Assembly (NCBI GenBank): GCA_951406725.2
Contig: OX597837.1
Location: 2,976,001-3,040,000 of the forward strand
Reading direction: 5' to 3'
Origin: Octopus vulgaris
Lineage: Eukaryota
DNA: 64,000 nt
Under the pieces are notes generated by a model. The model worked only from the letters and a program-made list of their open reading frames with translations. It did not search any database and had not been told where the DNA came from. Positions 47,560 through 59,960 of the stretch are shown in pieces. How positions within the stretch are numbered: position 1 is the first letter of the stretch; each line of letters begins with the position of its first letter. A program made the position numbers and the translations under genes.

Positions 47560-49890
47560 GTTTCGCAAGTGTTAAGGCCACTCATTGAGATGTCTCCTGG
47601 TGTTTGTGAAAGCACAGAGGACCTTTTCAACAGGGTTAATGAATGTAACCGCTCCTACAACCTGACAGATTGTATAGTAGGCAGTATGGATGTGGTATCA
47701 CTCTACCCATCTATCGACATTGACTTTGCTGTAGAAAGATGTGTGGAAATTATCTCCGAGAACGAGTTATTCTTCTGTGAGGTGAACACATTGGAACTGG
47801 GCCTCCCCCTGAAGCTCGTTTACGATAGAGAATACTTGGCTCACCACGACCTAAGTAGATTCTGTCCCACTAGGTAGACAAATGCGGTAGACAAATCGCA
47901 ATCACATCAACAGCTAGGAAAACCACCGCACATGCAGTGGGTGCAAGTTTAAAGATCACCCTACAGAACCATATAGTTAAATTCAACGAGAAGCTTTATA
48001 TACAAGTTCAGGGGATAGCCATCTGTGTCAGTGTGGCTGGGGACGTAGCTGGCCTATTCATGGTCTGATGGGCTAGAAAACTGAAATAAGCTCTTGAGGA
48101 GCACTCAGTAGTAATCAGAATGTATGGGAGATATGTGGATGACATCAACATCATGTTCAAGACACCATCGAACAATCAGACTGAAGAGAACGAGAGTTCA
48201 TGATGGAAAGCATTCAGGGTATAGCTAATTCCGTACACCAAAGCATCAGGGTAACTATAGATTACCCAACAAGGCACTCAAACAAGAGACTCCCAGTCCT
48301 TGACACAGAGCTTTGGCTAGAAACCGTTTACAAGGCGAGCTGGCAGAAACATTAGCACACCGGACGAAATGCTTAGCGGTATTAAGTCTGCCGTTACGTT
48401 CTGAGTTCAAATTCCGCTGAGGTCGACTTTGCCTTTCATCCTTTCGGGGTCGATTAAATAAGTACCAGTTACACACTGGAGTCGATGTAATCGACTTAAT
48501 TCGTTTGTCTGTCCTTTTTTGTCCCCTCTGTGTTTAGCCCCTTGTGGGCAATAAAGAAATAAGAAACCGTTAACAACAAAGTTCAAATTCTCCACTTACA
48601 CTGTATGAAACCCATGTCCTTGAAGTATGTAGTCCGTAAGAGTTCGGCTCTATCACATAATGTGAAAATTAACATATTAATAGCTGACTTAGAATAATGA
48701 AAAACATATTACCCTCTGTGCAAACCCTGGAAGAACCAGAAACACACACAAGACCTCATGCATCACATGCAATTTTCGGGAACGTAACGGCAGACGAAAT
48801 ACCTATTTCGTTACTACCCACAAGGGGCTAAACACAGAAAGGACAGACAAAGGGATTAAATCGATTACATCGACCCCAGTGCGACCCCGAAAGGATGAAA
48901 GGCAAAGTCGACCTCGGCGGAATTTGAACTCAGAATATAACGGCAGTCGAAAGATAGGATTCGAGTGTACAGTGGGGCTAGCAAGAAATTTGAAGAGATT
49001 GTGAATAAGGATGCCGATGGAACACAACCTAGTTACCGTAATAAGCAGTAGAATAGAATAGAAAGAATTTATGATAAAGGGAACAAAAAGAACACATGGT
49101 ACAATGCCGACAAGTTCCAAGGGATAATGTTTGTAGAAGCCACACCACACGGGGAACTAACCTGCAGATTTAGAAAAATCCTGAAGGATACAAAGTTGAA
49201 CATAAAAGTCATAGAAAAATTAGGGCGACCCATCAGGTCAGTAATATGCAAAACAAACCCCTTCAGAAAGACCACGTGTGTAGAGGAGAACTGTGTAGTG
49301 TGCAGGGGATAAACACAGAGAGGACAAACAAGGACAGACAAACGGATTAAGTCGATTATATCGACCCCAGTGCGTAACTGGTACTTATTTAATCGACCCC
49401 GAAAGGATGAAAGGCAAATTCCGCCGAGGTCGACTTTGCCTTTCATCCTTTCGGGGTCGATTAAATAAGTACCAGTTACGCACTGGGGTCGATATGATCG
49501 ACTTAATCCGTTTGTCTGTCCTTGTTTGTCCTCTCTGTGTTTAGCCCCATTGTGGGTAGTTAAGAAATAGATATAGTTCTGGTGTCAACTGCAAAACCAG
49601 AAACGTAGTTTATCGAATAAAATGCTTGGATGGTGATTGTGAAAACCAGAAGTCTGCATACATAGGTGAAACGGCGAGAAGTTTCGCCGAACGTATAAAT
49701 GGACATTGGCGGGAATTCAGGAATCAAAACAAGCCTCGATACTCTACTAGCATGCCAAAGAACAACATGGTGTTGTGTTGAACCGGATTAGCATAGAAAT
49801 GTTGTCTAGATATCCGGACGACACATCGCTACGACAGGTACGAGAGTCAGTCTCCATAAATGAAGCACGACCAGTTTTGAATAGTAAATA
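47560..49890 (+). mobile_element. Decayed Penelope-like element (RT, Cys-rich linker, GIY-YIG endonuclease; Neptune-like), interrupted by SINE B copies
   Basis: GSMDVVSLYPSI, LYIQVQGIAI, YGRYVDDI, C..C..C linker, NVVYRIKC...AYIGETARSFAERI; multiple stops and frameshifts. Confidence 0.85.
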
Positions 49891-50487
49891 CTCTCAATAG
49901 AAAAAAGCCTTACAAGGACCCATGGACACACACACACACACACACACACACGAATGGACACACACACACAAATACACAAACACACAGGAACTCATACACA
50001 TACGAACGCGCACACATACACACGAACACACACATATAAAGACACAGTGAGACACAGACACATGCTCACATACACACGGACACACAAACACAGACACACA
50101 CGCTCGTACACACATGTCCCCACTTACACACACGGACACGCGCACGCATACGCATGCTCATACTCATGCTCAGATAGACTTCAATTTATTCAACATTTAT
50201 CAAACAAAGAAGACGGTTAAACTGTCTTTGAGAGAAAAGTCATATGGAGGAACGCGTGCGTTTGCCAAGAAAACAAACAGAAAACCAAAACCGCTATCTT
50301 ACGTATATGAAAAATGACATATGTCAGTATTAAAAAACACACACACATTACACAAATATGTAATACGCACACACAAACATACACACACTCACTTATTCCA
50401 CAGTTATCTCCGTTCAATTCATTTTATACAAGCACATTTGTACCGAGTGATGGCGATGATGTTGGCTACGAGGATTAGCGGTTATTT

Positions 50488-50539
<52 letters not shown>

Positions 50540-50540
<1 letters not shown>

Positions 50541-50915
50541 TAGCAGTATCGCCCGGCGTTGCTCAGGTTTGTAAGGGAAATAACTATAAAGCATTTTCAG
50601 AGAGTTATAGCCCAAAATTAGCAAAAAAATGGAAAAAAATGATGGTAATTTTTTTTTAGTTAAAAAAGGTGGAGTTGCGTCCCCTAGACAGTTTACGGTT
50701 TGTGTTTCTGATTCTCGACCCCATGTCGAATTTATCGATTTTTTCAGAACTGGGGGAACTTTTCAAAATTTTCGCTGCGTTAGTTTTGAATTATGACATT
50801 GGGCTATGTGTGTGTCAAGTTTCATCAGAATCGGTTGAAAGCCGTGGTCAGGGTGAGGGTACGAGCAAACAGACACACAGAAACACGCACAGACAAACTG
50901 CCGTTTATATAGAGA
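50540..50915 (-). mobile_element. Non-autonomous Helitron in (TA)n
   Basis: Minus strand starts TC and ends with a GC-rich hairpin plus CTAG; inserted between A and T. Confidence 0.75.
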
Positions 50916-50934
50916 TATATATATATATATATAT

Positions 50935-51198
50935 AATTTCAACAATTGAGGGTAAAATTAATTAATTATTAATCAATTTCACCAAGTATTCAGTATGTAA
51001 AGGGACCATTTTAGGCGAATTCAAAATATTACATTATATATAAGGGCTTAGTAAAATAAATTACTTTGCCACATACTGGTTTAGGCAAACACTATCTGAG
51101 AGAGATCTTCTTTAAGTATTAGAAATAGCTGAAGAAATTTCTTTAGCTGCTATTTCTAATGAGTTCAGTATGTGGCAAAGTAATTTATTTTACTAAGC

Positions 51199-51209
<11 letters not shown>
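50935..51209 (-). mobile_element. Fold-back + tail element in (TA)n
   Basis: Arms 51035-51078 and 51166-51209; ~100-bp tail related to 56313-56402 and 62596-62663. Confidence 0.6.
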
Positions 51210-51249
<40 letters not shown>

Positions 51250-51250
<1 letters not shown>

Positions 51251-51749
51251 TAGCAGTATCGCCCGGCGTTGCTCGGGTTTGTAAGGGAAATAACTATATA
51301 AGCATTTTTAGAGAGTTACTTCCTTTATAGATGCCAATTCGGGCTTTCTTAGCCATTTCTGTTTTGGTGTCTTCAATCCATGAAGTCGTTGTTCTAAAAG
51401 AACGCTGATCTCCTTGACAACGCTTTACGACGTTGATTTCCTTACACTCCCTTCCCCACAGCTTCACGAGGGAGGGAAGAAGGGGGAGAAGCAAACAGGT
51501 GCAGGTGTTTGAGCGTGGACGCCAACTCCGCCGCCATCGACAAACGAAAAATTATGCATTAAAATGGAATAAAAAATGATGTTAAATTATTTTTAAAATC
51601 GTAGACTCATCGTAGACGCGCGCTAATAGCCAGACGGGCTTGATTTTAATCACGACTATAAGATACCCGAATTTGGTTAAACTGCACCGCAAAATGTGGG
51701 AGGAGTTAGGAATCTAAATCGTAGGAGACAGACACTCACACAACTACAG

Positions 51750-51755
<6 letters not shown>
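51250..51755 (-). mobile_element. Non-autonomous Helitron in (TA)n
   Basis: Same 3' end as 50540 (cccgagcaacgccggg hairpin plus ctag) with a different internal sequence. Confidence 0.72.
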
Positions 51756-51814
<59 letters not shown>

Positions 51815-51846
51815 AATGTAATATGGGACAATTATTCGGTAGCCAT

Positions 51847-51907
51847 GATAAAACTCCGAGTTTCGGATGCCGAGGTGGAAATCCACGTCGCTATCTCTTC
51901 AGTTATT
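51847..51907 (-). ncRNA. Candidate minimal type I hammerhead ribozyme
   Basis: AAUAA-CUGAAGA-[extended stem II]-GAA-ACUC-G-GAGU-U-UUAUC, inside the fold-back element 51811-52008. Confidence 0.55.
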
Positions 51908-52006
51908 CGGCCATCGGAAAAATTGCCGAATAATTGTCACATATTACATTTACAGATAAATTCCTCTACATAATATCGAGGACTCTTTCTTTCTTTTGTT
52001 GTCTTA

Positions 52007-52008
<2 letters not shown>

Positions 52009-52053
<45 letters not shown>

Positions 52054-52121
52054 ATTTTTATCAATATATATATATATATATATATACCATTTTTATCAAT
52101 ATATATATATACCATTTTTAT

Positions 52122-52164
<43 letters not shown>

Positions 52165-52197
52165 ATTTTTATCAATATATATATATATACCATTTTT

Positions 52198-52232
<35 letters not shown>

Positions 52233-52241
52233 CATTTTTAT

Positions 52242-52286
<45 letters not shown>

Positions 52287-52296
52287 ATTTTTATCA

Positions 52297-52323
<27 letters not shown>
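52009..52323. repeat. Compound minisatellite: accatttttatca x7 separated by variable (TA)n
   Basis: Units start at 52051, 52086, 52111, 52162, 52189, 52231 and 52284. Confidence 0.9.
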
Positions 52324-52330
<7 letters not shown>

Positions 52331-52804
52331 TTCCAGTTAGATTTATATGAAGTATAACCTAACATTATAGGAAGATGAATAGGTACGATCTGTAACAGCC
52401 ATTTTCTATAAATCGATAAAAGAATTTGCGTGGGTTTCCTGATATCACTGGAATAAATCTTGATTTAAATGCAAAGACAAAGAATTGTATCCTTATACTA
52501 TGTTCCAAACGTTTAGCAACGCCATCGATATCATTGTTAGTCTTAGTTATTGATTGATAAAGAAAAATTGGTCGCAAATTTATTTTATTCAATCTGGTTT
52601 ATTCAAGAGGTTGAATTTTTAAAAAAAATGTGATAAATATAAAGGCGTAGGAACGGCTGTGTGGTAAGTAGCTTGCTTACGAACCACATGGTTCCGGGTT
52701 CAGTCCCATAATAATAATACAAAACTTTCGTTTCAATAAGTTCCAAGTTACTCTGGTGGTTAAAAAAAATGTGTATCATATATGATGCATTGAAGCCAGG
52801 GAAA

Positions 52805-54021
52805 GGGAGTACCCCAAAGAAACCGGAATTTTGCAATGTTATTCTATTCACTTAGTTTTAAATGTTTACACTTTTACCGTCTTCAAAGTATTCTCCATTT
52901 GAAGCAATGTATTGGTCCAGACGCGTTTTCCAGAGTTCGAAGCAGTTCTGGAACTCTAGCTAAGTGAATGTCTTTTAACACCTCCGTTGTTTTTTTTTTA
53001 TTCACCTCTTCCACATCTGCTAATTTCGTAGCACCAGTTTTCATCATCAGTGATGATCTTAGATAAAAGGTCCGGATCAACTTCCAACTGTTCTTTCAGT
53101 TCATGACACGCATTCAGTCGTGGTTGATTTTGATCTACCACAACTATTTTCACTCGCAATTTCTCTCTTAAAATTCGTTGGCAGGAGGTCCAGAACACAC
53201 CGGTCATATCAACACGTTCGTTAATTGTTCGGTGACTGTCCTTCAAGATCAGTTCATGAATTTTCATGATGTTCTCATTCGTTCGGGAGGTCGACAGTCA
53301 TCCTGAACGAAGTTGATCTTCAAAGCGACAAGTGACCGTTCCTAAAGCGTGCAAACCACTTGTAAACTTGCATTTTGCTCATGGCAGCGTGCTTGTAAGC
53401 TGTTTGCAAGCGTCACAACTGTTTCGGCCGCTGTTTTCCACAGCACAAAAAAAAAGAAAAAAAATTTCCCGGAAGCAACGCTGTTCTTTAATTTCAGCCA
53501 TCGCAAAAATCAACGAACAGGGGAGAAGCACTAGGAGCCCTCCGTCTGTTGCGACGACGAGGGTCCCAGCTGATACGATCAACGGAACAGCTTGCTCGTG
53601 AAATTAACGTGCAAGTGGCCGAGCACTCCACAAACACGTGTACCCTTAACGTAGTTCTCGGGGAGATTCAGCGTGACAAGGCTGGCCCTTTGAAATACAG
53701 GTACTACTCATTTTTGCCAGCTGAGTGGACTGGAGCAATGTGAAATAAAGTGTCTTGCTCAAGGACACACTGCGCCGCCGGGAATTGAACTCACGACCTT
53801 ACGATCATGAGCCGAATGCCCCTAACCACTAAGCTACGCGCTTTCACGGAGAAGCACTACAAAACAGAGACACACTACGTGGCAGTAGGATTGTACTATG
53901 CAACGCCGGTCGGCAGACTGATGCCTGAGGGTCGCACCAAGTGGCTTCTAGCGGCGGAAGCCTGAACTACAACGGGCTTGTCTCGCAGAGAACGTTTCCG
54001 GTTACATTTGGTTACCTCCCC
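52805..54021 (-). mobile_element. Internally deleted mariner transposon
   Basis: Fragments KIITDDENWCY and DQYIASNGEYFEDG plus an HTH region; degenerate TIRs. Confidence 0.8.
53534..53847 (-). mobile_element. tRNA-derived SINE inserted in the mariner
   Basis: A/B boxes, 'gtccttgagcaagacacttt' core, 12-bp TSD ggagaagcacta. Related head at 63558-63808. Confidence 0.85.
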
Positions 54022-54287
54022 TTATGTCCTGTGTATCACATATGAGACACAGGGCAGGCAGCGGGTTAAAACTGATTTCTTTTGAAAACAGTGTAATGCA
54101 AAAGATTTGAAAGAGAAACAAGAGAGACAAAGTGACAGTTTACCTTGGGGTAAAGAGTAAACCGTTGTTTTGTCTTCCTCTCCATTACAATCCTTTATTT
54201 CTATTTTGCATTGTTCTGGCTTTTGAAACAAAACAGTCTTAACAATTCAAGCATACAATGGCTTCATTAAAACTGTGCTAAAGTAAC

Positions 54288-54922
54288 GTGTGTATGTATG
54301 TATGTATGTATGTATGTATGTATGTATGTATGTATGTATGTATGTATGTATGTATGTATGTATGTATGTATGTATGTATGTATGTATGTATGTATGTATG
54401 TGTGTGTATGTATGTGTGTATGTATGTATGTATGTATGTATGTATGTATGTATGTATGTATGTATGTGTTTGTGTATGTATATATGTATGTCTATCTGTG
54501 TTCGTGTGTGGCTGTCTGTATGCGTGTGTGTATATGTATGTGTACTCATGTATGTATAATGTGTGTGTGTATGTATGCATGAATATATATATATGTATGA
54601 ATGCATGTATGTTTGTATGTATTTATGGATGTAGGTATTTATCTTTGTATGTGTTTTCGAAATTAACAACAAAAATAATAGGCAAACACACACACACACA
54701 TATACATACATACATATATACACACAAATATGCACACACACATATCTAAATATATATATATATTCACATATACATACATACATTGTTATTGTTTTGTCTG
54801 TTCCTTCACGAGCCACGCGTGTCTCATACATACATACATACATTACATACATACATACATACATTACATACATACATACATACATACATTATATACATAC
54901 ATACATTACATACATACATACA

Positions 54923-54963
<41 letters not shown>

Positions 54964-55010
54964 TATATATGTATATGTATATATGTATATATGTATACAT
55001 ATATATATAC

Positions 55011-55041
<31 letters not shown>

Positions 55042-55119
55042 TATACATATATACATATATACATATATACATATATATATATGTATGTATATATATATAC
55101 ATATATACACGCACACACC

Positions 55120-55151
<32 letters not shown>

Positions 55152-55218
55152 GATACATGTATGTATATATATATGTATGTATATATATATATATATATAT
55201 ATGTATCTATATATATAT

Positions 55219-55265
<47 letters not shown>

Positions 55266-55307
55266 CATATATATATACATACATGTATCTATATATATAT
55301 ATATATA
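54288..55307. repeat. (TATG)n/(CATA)n/(TA)n microsatellite field
   Basis: Directly visible. Similar fields at 44850-45035, 57600-58060, 59080-59460 and 62200-62850. Confidence 0.97.
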
Positions 55308-55410
55308 GTTAATCCAAACATGAAAACACAAAGAGAAAACACAACAACGCGAGGACGTGGAACAAATATAGTATCATTGGATGCTCAGGAAAAGAAAGAA
55401 AGAAAGAGGA

Positions 55411-55444
55411 GTTAACGTTTCGAGCGGAGCTCTTCGTCAGAAAC
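55411..55444 (-). ncRNA. Candidate minimal type I hammerhead ribozyme
   Basis: GUUU-CUGACGA-A-GAGC-UCC-GCUC-GAAAC-GUU-AAC, with palindromic AACGUU in place of stem III. Confidence 0.6.
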
Positions 55445-56002
55445 ATAGAAAAAGGAAAGGTCCAAGGAAGGGAAGACGGAGAAAGAAAATCGCCAACGAT
55501 ACACACGCGGTCACACACACACACACACATACACACACACACACATAGAGGGAGAGGTTTGTTAGTGCAAACAGGAAATATAGAACTGTATATATTTTTA
55601 TTAATATTTAGCAGAAGTGACAGTGTATATATAAAAGACAGGACGTGTGTGTGTGTGTGTGTACGTGAATGTAATTCATGCACTCCATAAATTAGCACGC
55701 ATGCGCTGGCACTTGTCATGCAATGCAGGACACTCTGGACCTGAAGTCACTCTGTTACTTCTACTATACATATATAATCCCTCGACTATCGCGGGTGTTG
55801 TATTCCAAAACATCCACAGAAATAACTGAAATCTAAAAAAATATAAATGCCTATCGGTCACAGAAATCCACGATATACTGAGGAAACCGCGATATAAATC
55901 TACTCATATTAGCCAGAAAAATCCGTGATGTACTGAGCGCGCATAGATGAACCGCGATGTATTGAGTGCACGATAGGTGAACCATGGTATGGTGAGGAAT
56001 TA

Positions 56003-56054
<52 letters not shown>

Positions 56055-56098
56055 ATAAATGGTGGGGTTATATATATATATGTATGTATGTATGTATG

Positions 56099-56135
<37 letters not shown>

Positions 56136-56180
56136 ATATGGATATATGTATGCATGTATGTATATATATATATATATATA

Positions 56181-56397
56181 TACAAAATTTAAAGGACTGA
56201 CAACTAAAACTGGACGGTCGCTATTTTCCACGAAGAATGTGTTCTCAAGAAAAACGTCTATATCTAGCATATTGACCGTCCACTTTTAGTGGTCAGTCCT
56301 TTAAATTTTGTATGTAAAAAATATTTAATCTTCGGATTTTTTTTAATATGCTAGGCCACTGGTTTTAATTGATTAATATCAATTTCTACCCTTATTC

Positions 56398-56402
<5 letters not shown>
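56181..56402 (+). mobile_element. Fold-back + tail element in (TA)n
   Basis: Arms 56181-56219 and 56274-56312; ~90-bp tail. Confidence 0.6.
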
Positions 56403-56457
<55 letters not shown>

Positions 56458-56682
56458 TTCTCTGTTTGTTATTTTCGTTGTTCGAAAAAATGTTCGTTTC
56501 CATGGTTTTGTTTTTATGTTTTCGTTTCTGTGTTCAACGTGTTTTTGATGTCCTGTACTCATATATGCATGTATATATACATATAGATGTAGGTATGTAC
56601 TTATATGTATGCACATATGCATATATTTATATATTATTTATATTATTATATGATCGAACGCCACGCATCCATTTCCAAGTAA

Positions 56683-56748
<66 letters not shown>

Positions 56749-57105
56749 TCTCCACCCCTACCCCTTAACTTTGTCACTAATGTTTTTTAGTATAACACCT
56801 ACGCTAATTCTATAAACAAGCCTGTCAATATAAATATTCTCCTGAATTGAACTGAGACTGCCAGCCGCCACTGACCATTCAAAATACGACCATCAGGGCA
56901 CTCCCAGATTCTCCCATCCCCCTTTCCCCACCAGCCTTCTTCCTCTACTACCCTTCCAAGAACTCACAACGACCTCCGACACACAAGTGCAAACAAGGGA
57001 GTCAGAGAAAGGCAGAATGCCACTTAAATCTGAACACTACTATAGAAATATTCTTTTAAAAAAACTTTTCTTCTAATTTTTCTAAATTTAATTATTTAAT
57101 CGTTA

Positions 57106-57143
57106 CAGTTGAAAAGGTCTCAAAATGACCGAAACCGGTACTG
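57106..57143 (+). ncRNA. Degenerate minimal hammerhead motif
   Basis: CAG-UUGAAAA-GGUC-ucaaaau-GACC-GAA-ACCGGU-A-CUG; the core deviates from CUGANGA at two positions. Confidence 0.45.
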
Positions 57144-57230
57144 AAATGTTCACTATAAAATTATTTTAGCATTTTCTATTTTTGACTTGTTTTTTCATAT
57201 ATATCAACTCGTGTGTTCCTTTTCACCCTT

Positions 57231-57305
<75 letters not shown>

Positions 57306-58547
57306 CTAGCAGTAAAACCCGACTTTCCCCGAGATTAAGTTAGGATTATTAAGCTAATCAAGTTGTTTATTTCAAACCAAAGTAAGTAACATCGTTGAAA
57401 TTGGTTTATATATATATATATATGGGCAACACACACACACATGCACACACGTACTTACGTACACCTATTGCATATATGTTTTTTGTACGCATACATGTTG
57501 GTGTGTGTGTGTTTGTGTTGCCCGTATATCAACAAAACAGTTTTTTCCTCGATGGAAAATAAACAACAAAAGTCTTAACAAAAACTCAACAAAAACTATG
57601 CATAGATACATACATACATGCATGCATGGATACATACATACATAATGCATACAAACATACATACATACATACATACATACATACATTCATACATACATGC
57701 ATACATACATACATACATACATACATACATACATACATACAAACAAACAAAAATATCCTGTTGTTGATGTTGAAATTCCAGTGAAGGAGCCTTGCATCCA
57801 GGTTAGAAACCGGTTCTTTCTTCATTGGCAACAAATCTTGGAATAAAACTGAATGATGACATATATATATATATATGTGTGTGTGTGCAAATATATATAT
57901 ACACACATTCATAGATGCATAATTCATAGATACATAATTCATACATACATACATACATACATACATACATACATACATACATACATACATACATACATAC
58001 ATACATACATACATACATACATACACACACACATACATATATACATGCATACATGTATGCAAGTATGTGTGTATATATTATGTACGTACGTATGTGGCAA
58101 GTTCAGCAAGCTGTTATCGGCGCCCTGGTTGACTCGTGTTAAGAAGCAGCAATATACAAAACCCATATAATGTTTCGTATCGATCTGTAAAGCTTTCCTA
58201 AGCGTATAAATAGGGGCGACTGTTGTGTTCAGATGCCATATGGCTGTGACGTTTTTAACTCTGGGCGCAAATTATAAGCTGCGACGTAAAAGTTTTACGT
58301 CTCTCTCTTCGATTCTTGCTGAGATAGGTTTCAGCACAATGTCGCTATTCATTGCTGGGAGATAATTACAGAATTACTCTCAAATCACTGACACTGAAGA
58401 ACGCACACACACACAGAGACACGCACATCCACAACATACACACACACACACAGACACGCACACGCACATCCACAACATACACACATACGCAAATTTGAGT
58501 ATAGATACATGAATATATATATGCATGCTTGCTCTTGTAGCTATGGT

Positions 58548-58626
<79 letters not shown>

Positions 58627-58892
58627 TAATAAATAAAACATATGCATATATATATATATATGTACGTACCTACCTCTACATGTATACACACACGCATATA
58701 TGAGTACAGGACACCAAAAAAACCTCGAACACCATGAGAAACGAAAACATAGACACAAACCCAAGGAACTGGACATTTTTTTAACAACAAAAAAAATATA
58801 TAGAGTACAGGACAATTAACACAAAGAAAAAACCCCTTCTTCAGTCGCCATGGTTTCATCTACTCTACGTTTCGAAGGATATTATATATATA

Positions 58893-59048
58893 TATATATT
58901 AGAAGAAATGAGGTACTCAGAAGATCGGATGGTTTATATTTACAGATATTTATTTGTATATCACATTTTTTATATAAACCATCCGATCATCTGAGTACCT
59001 CATTTCTTCTAATATATAATACCTGTACATCATCTCCAAACCTTCCAA
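58893..59048 (+). mobile_element. Fold-back + tail element in (TA)n
   Basis: Arms 58893-58938 and 58972-59017; ~30-bp tail. Confidence 0.6.
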
Positions 59049-59077
59049 TATATATTATATATATATCTTTTATATCT

Positions 59078-59125
<48 letters not shown>

Positions 59126-59185
59126 TGTATGTATGTATGTATGTATGTATGTATGTATGTATGTATGTATGTATGTATGTATGTA

Positions 59186-59222
<37 letters not shown>

Positions 59223-59714
59223 TGATATTGATATATATACATTTACATGCACACACATACATGCACGCGCACACAGACGCACACGCACACGCACACACAC
59301 GTGCATGTGTATTTTTGTATGCACACACATTTATATGAATAAATATATTTGCGCATGTGCATACATATACGCGCGCGTATACATGCATACAAACACACAG
59401 ACACAGACACAGACCCCCCCCCACACATATATATATATATACACGCACACACATATAATTATGTCGCATGGTTAACTGTTTATAAAAAGCTTAGTCAAAT
59501 TAGGATGAAAAATTATATCTGCTACATGTGAATATTAATTTTTTCCATCAGAAAGCAACGAGTTCAGCAAAATACTTGTTGCTTCTTGAAAGTTCCAAGT
59601 GGCGAGTTTGATAGTTATTGGAGAAATTTGCCTCGGTATGAAACCAATCGTTTCCTTGGTAACCTACAAATAAAGAATATCTATCCAGCAATGAAGTGGA
59701 TGAATATTCCCGTG

Positions 59715-59960
59715 GTTGGGAATCGCTTGCCTCTGACCGCTGCGCCTGGCGTCCAGCTGTCCAAAACGGTGTTAGGCTGTTCGAGGAGAAGCGCCTCAAG
59801 AGCCTGGGCCAGAGGCGACAAGCCCGAAAAGAGAGGATCCCCAACCCTACTTCTGCTGTTACGTGCCCAACATGTGGCCGCGTCAGCGCGTCTGCCTTTG
59901 GGTTACGCTCCCACTTCCGGCGTCACTGACGTCATTGCCGAACCCCCGACAGACTTCCAT
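59715..59960 (+). mobile_element. RTE (BovB-like) LINE 3' end
   Basis: WESLASDRCAWR...CPTCGRVSASAFGLRSHFRRH, a C-terminal zinc knuckle typical of RTE ORF2. Confidence 0.75.

Noticed and set aside
2538-49446. Recurrent short ORFs such as RSEFKFRRGRLCLSSFRGR, HCGHAGAPP and LQLDALPNANHS
   Set aside because: Translations of SINE families A, B and C; recurrence reflects repeat copy number, not a protein family.
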